This document shows, one piece after another, positions 35,139-44,000 of a DNA stretch of 64,000 nucleotides (within the stretch, counting starts at the first letter, position 1; each line of letters starts with the position of its first letter). The stretch comes from Guillardia theta CCMP2712 (lineage: Eukaryota > Protista > Cryptophyta): NCBI RefSeq assembly GCF_000315625.1, contig NW_005434666.1, forward strand, positions 419,877-483,876, written 5' to 3'. The translations under genes were made by a program, and so were the position numbers. The notes under the pieces were generated by a model. It had not been told where the DNA came from and did not search any database. It worked only from the letters and a program-made list of their open reading frames with translations.

Positions 35139-36372
35139 TCATGGGCAAACAGTTGCGAGAGGAATTTGCGGTTGTCCATATCGCTGGAACACAGGCGGAG
35201 GAGGAGGAGGTGCTGTCGGTTGAGGGAATTTCGAATCCAAAGTCACCACTGCAGCAGTGTAAGACGGTGTTTTAAAGTCATTTTGATCTTACAAGAGGCA
35301 TGGCCGTTACTCGAGATGTGCACATCATCGTTTGACTTCCGCTGCCGAAGGTAATCAGACGAAATCTTACATGCGATCAGTATTTTTCTCACCTTCTTGC
35401 GCGAGAGCATGCAAATAACACAAATCATAAAGCCGAGCAAGACTACTCCACCGGCAATAATGCCAATCTGGCAACATATCAGTCCTTGGATATTCGCAGC
35501 GCTTTAGAAATACCAATATTGGTGTTGTAATTGTGAAAGGCGATGAAGATGAGTTTGGGTTCGAAACTGATGGAAGATTCTGCAGAATCAGCTCTTCATT
35601 GAGCTTCTTCAAGGGGAAATTCGTTGCAATCTCCTGTTGGAGAGAAGAATTTTGAAATTGAATCGAGAAATCTACCAAGCTAGATGTGCTGCTGCGTCTT
35701 GCCAACATGGCACGTACAGAGGTGATATTCACGTCAGACACTGAGGTGCCAGTTGACAAGGCAACAGCCTGTTTGAAGCTCATCCTCTTTGCTGCACCAA
35801 AGTTCTGGGGTGGAATCTGCATGAGCACCGCAAACTCGAGCACATCAGCTGAGACTTTTTTCGGTTGCAACGGAGTACTGGATGTTTGACTTGAACTGGA
35901 CGAGGTAGTTGATGGGCTCGGAGAGTTGGATTGAGTTGCTGGAGAGCCAGTCGAAGCGGAAGATGTGGGAGAGGAAGGCGAGTAAGAGGGTGAGGTAGGA
36001 GCTGGAGCTGGAGCTGGAGGAGCTGGAGCAGGTGAAGGAGGAGCTGGAGCAGGTGCGGGAGGAGAGGAAGAATGGTCGCCATGATCACTGTCACTGGAAA
36101 CATGCGATGAGTCGTTGGATTCGTAACTCTCTCCGCTGTCTCTGAGTCTAGTCACTCGTGCGATCTTCTTGCGTTCCAAGCTACCTGCTCAACAGATTCA
36201 ACAAAGTGTTGAAGTTGTGAATAACAATCTCACCGTTGAAAATGAGGTTTCCTAATCTCCGCTGCTTTGTTAACCCAAGCGTCCGGTCTGCTGGTTGACA
36301 TACACCCAGAAGGAAATGAAGAAGGATCATGACCATTGCAACTTCTGATCTGACTGTCAAAGATTGTGCCAT
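35139..36372 (-). CDS. Mucin-like type-I membrane protein 3: signal peptide, D/H/S-rich segment, (PA)n/S-T stalk, SEA-like domain, TM, PTAP tail
   Basis: Signal VAMVMILLHFLLGVC; LEFAVLMQIPPQNFGAAKRMSFKQAVALSTGTSVSDVNITSVRAMLARRSSTSSLVDFSI...LNEELILQNLP; TM IGIIAGGVVLLGFMICVICML; tail LVTLDSKFPQPTAPPPPP...TVCP* (35139-35141). Confidence 0.85.
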
Positions 36373-36783
36373 GTTTGCTCACGTTTTGCCTTAGGTTTTC
36401 CTGATCTTGAGTTCGGCGGGGGGGGGGGGGGGGGGACTGAGGGGGCAACTCGGAATCGATGGGACAGGTGTGGGAGCGCCGTAGAGTAAGCCGGGGCCCC
36501 TACTTGAAGCTTAGACGGTCACCGAAGGAGGTAGAGGAGGGAGGAGGGGAGGGAGGGAGTATGAGGATGGGAGGGCGCTTCAACGGCGTGTGATTATATC
36601 GGGTCTTCTGCGAGCCCTGGTCACCTACCGTACTGGGGATGTCACGGCGGCCGCCCCCCAGTAGCAGGGGACAAAGGCTTAAGGGGGTACTTTGAAGTGA
36701 ATGTAACCGGTACTATGATCAGTTTCATGTTGTATATGGGGGTGGGGTGAGGGTTGAGATAAGGGTGTACGTTACTACCAAAT

Positions 36784-36826
36784 GCCTCCATAATTGGAGT
36801 CGACTGATCGGACTCCAATTATAGGC
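36784..36826. other. Perfect 12-bp inverted repeat (hairpin/cruciform)
   Basis: ATAATTGGAGTC (36790-36801), 9-nt spacer, GACTCCAATTAT (36811-36822), flanked by GCCT/AGGC. Confidence 0.75.
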
Positions 36827-36988
36827 GAGTTTTGTGAAACAGCGTTACGGACCGTTGCAAACTTGTTCTAACAGTTACAAAGCGTTATTCGGAAAAATCT
36901 CTCTAGGACACACACTATGGCCAACCCCTTATATTTGTGTGCTAGGAGTCCTAAGGTGCCGCATTTGGGAGATAGCGATTGAACGGCC

Positions 36989-37237
36989 ATGTTCGCGTTG
37001 GCAGCGAAATTGAAAGGAGAATCATGGGATAAGGACCCTGAAAGGGCAGAGAAGGCGATGGATGCCCACAAGCACCCCTTCTCAGCTTTTTCTGCGCAAT
37101 TCTATGCAACAGGTGCATATCATCAAACTCCTGGAGCATCGTACAAGGCCATGGGTGTCTCCAATCTCAACAAGAACAGCAACGTCGTGGACTCTGACGC
37201 CATCTCGGCTTTCAATGACTCCTTCAAAGGACATTAG
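36989..37237 (+). CDS. Small intronless orphan protein (82 aa)
   Basis: Good ATG context (gccATG) and C-ending codon bias in the 3' half (AAC/TTC/GAC/GCC) against AT-rich flanks; MFALAAKLKGESW...SFKGH*. Confidence 0.65.
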   Translation: MFALAAKLKGESWDKDPERAEKAMDAHKHPFSAFSAQFYATGAYHQTPGASYKAMGVSNLNKNSNVVDSDAISAFNDSFKGH

Positions 37238-38037
37238 AATATCTTCCTCACAATTTTGCTTGGGGGGTGGATCTTTCCTTGGAGTTGATGGTGTTTGATT
37301 TTATAGAGTGTTTGCCTACTAAGAAAAAATGCTCTTTTCCTCTGCGGTTTAGAGCGTGAAAAATGAATGGGATGACTTTTGTTTGTTGTTTTCCAATTTT
37401 TGTTGTGAGTTTGAATGGTTTGAGTTGGCTCCTATTCATGACTAAATATTGATCTTCTCTCTGTAACACACTTCTCATCTGCTTTTGGGGCATATTAATT
37501 TCACTTCGATGGCACGAAGTACTGAACCTGTATGGAAATGTCCACATAGTTGAGGATAAATTTTGTGCACAAAAGAGTGTACAGTTGAATTGATCACGAA
37601 GAGAAGAAGTAATGGTGTGCGAGAAGAGCAAGCACAACTTAATATCTTGTGCATGGGGCTTACATGCAGATTGGCAAAAGAAGGTCCATGCTGGCAGAAG
37701 CTTCTTCTGTGCTTCAAACGGTAAGCGAGAACGTCAAAGATACATCGTCAATCCTTGCTCGCGATTACTATTGACTCACCTCTAAGCTGTCCATGTATAC
37801 TCGAACTTGTGTTCTATGTAGAGTTTTGGTCTAGGGCATCCACCATATCATACTGAGAAATCATCCATACAACAAACGACAGAACCGGCTGCTCTCGCAG
37901 GATACTCAAAGTATGCAACATGTGATGCCCTTGTTGCGAGCTCAAGCCATATTTCCCTCTTATCAAATCCCGCCCAACGCCCCGTCCACTATTTATATCA
38001 TAGTAATTGCGCCCGACAAGACCTTGCTAGGTTCAAA

Positions 38038-38839
38038 ATGCGGGGGAAGGTGGCGGGGAGGTTCCGGTCCGCCATGATCAGCATTTATGTCCTGCATTCA
38101 GCTTTCTTGCAAATAGCAGAATCTCGTCCCCTTCCACTTCACTGCAAGCTCCTCCGCGACGTTGAGTTTCTCCCTTACCTCCTGCGATTGAGGGGAGGAG
38201 AGGACCAAACCCAAGCTGAAGACTTGAGCGTGAGGAATGAACAGAAGGACCCACAGGCGTCAGAGGACAATCGCAGCACTCCTGCCGTCGATGTCAATGC
38301 TTCGAATCCGACAGATGCTGCTGTCAATGAGACGGAAACAACAAGCAAGAAAAGGAGGTTGGAAACTGACGAAGCTGCAAAGAATGCAGCTACAGATTCT
38401 CAGTTGCCAACCTGCATGCAGACTTCCAATGGGGAATATTACTTTGAGGTTTGCTATTGCTTGTTTGATCTTGCTTCTTGATACGGAGTGTGACAGCTCG
38501 AAGCACCAAAACAGTACAAATCAGGAGCGAGAGAAGAAATTACACAGAGAAGGCTCACAGTGAGCAAGTATCGGGATCAGACTTATGTTTCCATCAGAGA
38601 ATTTTATGCCAAAGATGGACAAATGCTTCCGGGCAAGAAAGGCAGATAGTTCATCACAGCTACAATTGCATTGTGATTCTTTCTCGACAGGGATTTCTTT
38701 GCACCTAGATCAATGGAGAACAATTCTCAAGCTTGAAAAGTGACGATACATGCTCAACGTTTGTGTTTTGTGTGCCCTAACTTTGCTTCACAGATCCGTT
38801 GAAGATGTTCTCTCTCGACTGGACGTAGGATCAGAATAG
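38038..38839 (+). CDS. SUB1: PC4/Sub1 transcriptional coactivator with N-terminal signal peptide and LRLRGG motif
   Basis: Spliced PC4 domain: EYYFE-L...RRLTVSKYRDQTYVSIREFYAKDGQMLPGKKGISLHLDQWRTILKL. GC-AG intron at 38642-38690; stop TAG 38837-38839. N-term hydrophobic ISIYVLHSAFLQIAES, then LLRLRGG and KKRR. Confidence 0.88.
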
Positions 38840-38907
38840 CACACGAAATTATCAAAAAATGTTGGATGTTTAATTTCAGCATGTTCACAGCGAGCATTCT
38901 TTGAACT

Positions 38908-40763
38908 TTAGTCTGCGAAAGATTGCAATTCATGTGAATTGTCTGCATGCTTATTCTTGTCATCAATGTCAAATATCAGATGATAACCTGTCACTCTCTG
39001 TATACCCGCCAGTAAGTAAAAGTCAGTTTGACACCATCGGTAAAGGTTTGACCTCTTGACTCTTCCCCATGATCGGATACACTGCCGTGTCGATGGTGTC
39101 ATGAAGGATTTCTCGAGCCACGTCCTGCCACCTTGTATCGAATACCTTCAAGTCCTGTGGCAAGCATGTCACTGCATGCTATTCTCCGAGCGATCACTTA
39201 CCGGATCACAATTGATTTCAAGGAGCCAAACTTTGCCGTCCTCGTCCACCATGGCGTCTAGCCCGAAAAGCTTCCCTTGCTATTAAAAACTGCACATCAC
39301 ACGTTCCTGGAAAGACCTCGAAAGAGCAAGGAAGAGGCTTGAACACTCGTGACAAGAGGTTGGGATCTGAAGCAGAGTTGAAGATCTTCCACACCATCTT
39401 GCTCATCTTTCATCGGCATCAGCAGTCGCACAACAGTTGAGATCAAGGTGCCTGATGCCATATCTTGGTTGACCATACACCACCAATCTTCACCTCCATC
39501 GCAGATCCGATCTCTTGCAAGACTTGAAATCAGTTGCTTTGACAGGACAGGACAAGAATTGTGCGAGAGAAACAACACCTGCACTGGACTCTCGGATATC
39601 GGGAGTAGAGTCGACATGTTTTTCAAGGTCATGCAGTAGATGCGAACAAGGACCTTGTACTCCAGCTCTCTCCTGCCACAAAAGTGAGCGATCAACTCTA
39701 AATGAAATCATAAATACCTGAACACTATGATTGCTGGCATGAATACAAAGATCGTCGAGATCATTCACAGCGTATGGTTTTGAAGCCATGAGGGCGATCA
39801 CCTGCGCTTGCATGTGACGAGGTTTCTTCACAGGTAATGTGGTTCCTTCTCGTGCAAGTATACTTTGAGGTTTCCGACAGCAAGAACCCAAGCTCTGCGA
39901 GTTGAGTCAAATTTGCAAGAATTGATTGACACGTGAAATCTTCGCGATGTTCACCTCAGATGAAATTTGAATCCATTTATCAGTAAAGGCCGTTCGATAT
40001 ATTTCTACACAAGAATTTCATCGACAGTGGAAAACTTGAACGGGCAGACACCTGGACTTTCCAAGAATTCCGACTGCTGGACATCAATACTTTCTCAATC
40101 TGTGATCCGATTCACAATCTATCCAATATTGTTAGAAATAGTCTGATATGAACCTTTCCGACACAGGATCGATTGAAAACATGCATTTCATTTGCATTAC
40201 TTGAATCACCTATGTTCATAGTGTTTTCAAAAGGTTCTGCCATGATATTTGATTCGATATCTACCTGGCTTTAAAATCCAGATTCCATCATCTTGAACCA
40301 GCTTATGGACGAGCCGGATAAATTCATCTAGGTGCCTTTGAGATGCAAGGCTCCATACATAAGATTCCGGCATTGTATCTTGATACTTTTCTTGAATCAG
40401 TTGCGCAAGGTCTGCCTTTCTGATGATACCACTTCTCATGAAGTAGTGGTTTGTGATCAACTGACCCGTCATCACTGCTTCCCATGCAGCCTTCGTATAG
40501 CTGCACCACTGGACATTTGGGATTAAGAAATCCTCCTCTTGTTCTGTCCGACACATTTGCAAACCTGTTCTGATCACCTCCCAACCCCGTGCATGAAAGG
40601 CATCTTCAAGCCCAATATAGTCAACGTAATCTTGCTCGAGAAGTATCTGGCATACCAGCTTCTGTTCAACAAGTTTCTTCGGTCGCTTTGCCTTGAACAT
40701 TTGCAGCCTCTGCTTCAAGATTGCACCCTTCTCTGAGGCATCGTCACTATCACTCGAAGGCAT
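38908..40763 (-). CDS. Tubulin-tyrosine ligase family protein (TTL/TTLL), multi-exon
   Basis: NHYFMRSGIIRKADL, WILKP, KYIERPLLING-FKFHLR, VLAVGNLKVYL, HASNHSVQ, FGLDAMVDEDGKVWLLEIN. Confidence 0.88.
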
Positions 40764-41059
40764 GTCAAGGTATTCAAGGAGACAAGAAACAAATGTCTGG
40801 CTGAGGTTCTCTCAGTGATCGTCAAGCCTTCTTCTTCCCTTGCTCCGCCTGGCCATGCCACATGCTCGTCTGCCAGTCGGGGCGAAGGAGGAGGCGGGCT
40901 CGCTTTACTTCTGTCCTCGAAATGCTCGACCCGTAGCAACGGCCCAGTCCGTCAGTCGAGCATCCCACATGCAGCTGCACTGGCTGACAAGCTGAGAGGA
41001 GGAGAGGACGAGATGCAGGTCGTCACAAGTCATGCTGGCGAGGAGCAGGACAAGCCAGC

Positions 41060-44000
41060 ATGAGTGAAGCTGAACGAGAGCTGGAGACAGCAATCCGTTT
41101 GCTGTCTCAAAAGCGAGGCAGGGTCGAGTTTGGCGATGCAGGGGTAGCTCGAGCGCATGGGATCCTACAAGATCTGTCAAGGAGGATGCTAAACTCATCA
41201 GCCGTCTTGTTGGCCCTGTCAGACGCGAACATAATGCAAGGAAAACTTGAATCCGGACTACAGGTTCTTGAAGGGTTGACGGGGGACTTGTTCTCAAGAA
41301 CATCAAGTTCCAATCTATTCGCAAGAACAAGCAGCTCTGCATCAGCGAATGTGAAGAATGACCTGTGGATCAAGATTGCTTCCAGGAAACGAAAAGCTTC
41401 ACCTGATCTCCCGAACCTCGATTCAGAAGATACAGATGACCTTCCGTTTTCTGCTGGTGCCCTCAGGCGAGCACAATTAGTCTATTCGGAGCTTGTCAAG
41501 GAAGGATTCCTTGATCTGCGACTGCGGCTGTACATTGCCTTTATCATGAAATACTTGGGCGACTTCACCTTGTTCGAGAGCTTGCTGCGGCATCCAGATA
41601 TCGACGATCATTTCTATTTCCGTTACGTAGCCGACTCGCAGCACTGTGATTGGTTTGACTACAAGTCGAGGTGTTGGTTTCAGCTTCCATACCTAAAGTG
41701 GTTGACATCCAATCCTCAAGAAACAGACATGAACAAATTGAAGATACAGTATTTCTCATCTTTACTTTCCTGCGGGAACACTAACCAGTCGAAACAGCAT
41801 GGAGAATCATTTGAATCGTTTGTGCAAGAGGAAAACTTGATTGACACTTTCTTGAAAGAAATCAATGAAGAATTCACGCAATGGAGAGTCTTCAGGGGCC
41901 ATCTACTCATTCGATATGGAAAGTTAAAAGCTGCATACGGCGATTTGGAGCAAGCGAGTGGAAGTCATTGCATTGGTAACCTCGAATTCAGTCGACTGCT
42001 TGGTATCGCGCACATACACTTGAGAAAGCTAGAGATAGAGAAAGCTCAGACTCATTACGAATCTATACTCTCTTCCTCGTCGCTGGATGTCCATGAGAAA
42101 TATGCAGACTTTCAAATGATGGACAGCGAAATCCTTGGAATGTCAGCAAGAGTGGGAAGAGCGATCTGCTTGAGACTCAAAGGCAAAACAAATGAACAGA
42201 AGAACGAGCTGACACAAATCATTGCACGCAACACGCAACTTTTTGATCCTAGCTACCTGACTCTGATGTTTCAGATGTTTGATAACAATCTCGACGCTGC
42301 GAAAGATTTGTTGAACAACCTTCATAAGCTCACAGATGGGAAAACGTACTGCTATCACTACACGCTAAAACCCATACTGCTAGAACATGATTTAAGAGAT
42401 GATTCCGAAATCGTGAAATTGAAAGACGACTCTATGTACATGGATCGAATTCTAGATCTAGTTTACAATCAGTCCGTACAAGCAGACAACGCCGAACTTA
42501 TATGGATCGCAGTCCTCGATCTTATTGTTGAGGGTCAGTTTGCAGGCGCATTGAACATTCTGGAACACATGATGCACTGCGAAAGCACTGCCAACACATC
42601 GATACAACATGTTGAATTTCATTTTGATAAATACCAAGAATATTGCAAAAGCATGGATAATCAAGTTCTGAAAATCTCACCCACGAACGATTATTTGGAT
42701 AATGAGCTGAGAGCTATTTTTCATCTACGGAGGGGGCGATGGCTGGAGAAGAATTTAAAGATGACTTTCGAAGCCTTCGGCGAGTATTCCATGGCACTTG
42801 AACTGTTGAATCTCTCGACCAGGAAAAATTCTATCAATGTCAAGCGAAAAGCTTTCTTTAAACGATTTCGTCTATTTCTACACAAGGGAAATTATTCCGA
42901 TGCCATGATGGATCTTAAGTCGTGCATAGACTTTGCAAACATACTTGTGCAGACAACGTCGTCTAGAAATGACTATGCCAAGGCTTCATTGAACAGAAGT
43001 CTTCAGAAGTATCATTTCAATTTGGGGTTTGTGTCCTTTTGTGTTGGACAGCACGAACAGGCGGAGATGTCATTCACTATCTCTCTAGGCCATGACGACT
43101 TTGTCTCTCGATCTCACGCCTACCTCGGACTCATTTATTCTAAGCAGCCATCAAAGGCTGCGGAAGCCATAAAGAGCCTCAAGCAGAGTTTGAAGGGCGC
43201 GGATGAGTTAAAAGAGAACGAAAGAGAAGTCAGATTGGCCCTGGCAGGGTTGTTAATGCAACATACAGTTGAATACAAAGGTGCAATACAGCAGTATTCT
43301 CAAGTCGTGAAATCTCACCCTACAGATCTGCTTACGCGCTCACTGAGAGCGAACTTGTATTTCCTGCAGGGAATGTTTCAAGAAGCACTTGAGGATTATT
43401 CTCATTGCTTGAAACTTCCTGGGGAAGGCACTGGCAATAATTCATTGGACTTGAGCTCCTTGCGCTATTTTCGAGGATGCTGTTATCAGAAATTGGAAAA
43501 GTTCTCGGAAGCAAAGAAGGATTTCGAGATGATACATTCAGAAAAGAAGAATGATTCCGATTTTCTTCAGAGCCTTGCTGCTGTTTATGAAGCTTGTGGT
43601 CAGATAGAATCATCAATAGAAACCTATTCCTCCCTCGTTGAGATTCTGGGGAAGCGTGACAAGACGGAGGAATACATTCGAATTCTAAGGCATCGGGCGA
43701 AGTTGTGCACAATTTGTGATCAAGAGACATGGGCAATCAAAGACCTAAGTAAAATCATTGCGATGAGACCGAAGGATGCAGAAGCACATTACGAGAGAGG
43801 TTCGTTGATCAAAGTCACTCACTTGGACGCACCCACAGCTTCCGATGAACCACACCATGTCCAGCTACGCATGGCAATCGATGATTTTGCTTGCATAGAA
43901 AGTGGTCACCCCCTCTACGTGAAGGCTCGGATCAAATTGAAGGCTGTTTGTAACGCATTGGGTATTCCAACTGAGGAAGAGTTCAAAGAGCAGCTCATTA

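Noticed and set aside
38182-38199. LRLRGG as a ubiquitin gene or ubiquitin fusion
   Set aside because: Only the last six residues match; the upstream sequence is a signal-like leader, not a ubiquitin fold.
40815-41063. KLRGG in the ORF upstream of the TPR gene as a second targeting motif
   Set aside because: No preceding signal peptide; possibly an upstream TPR exon or chance.
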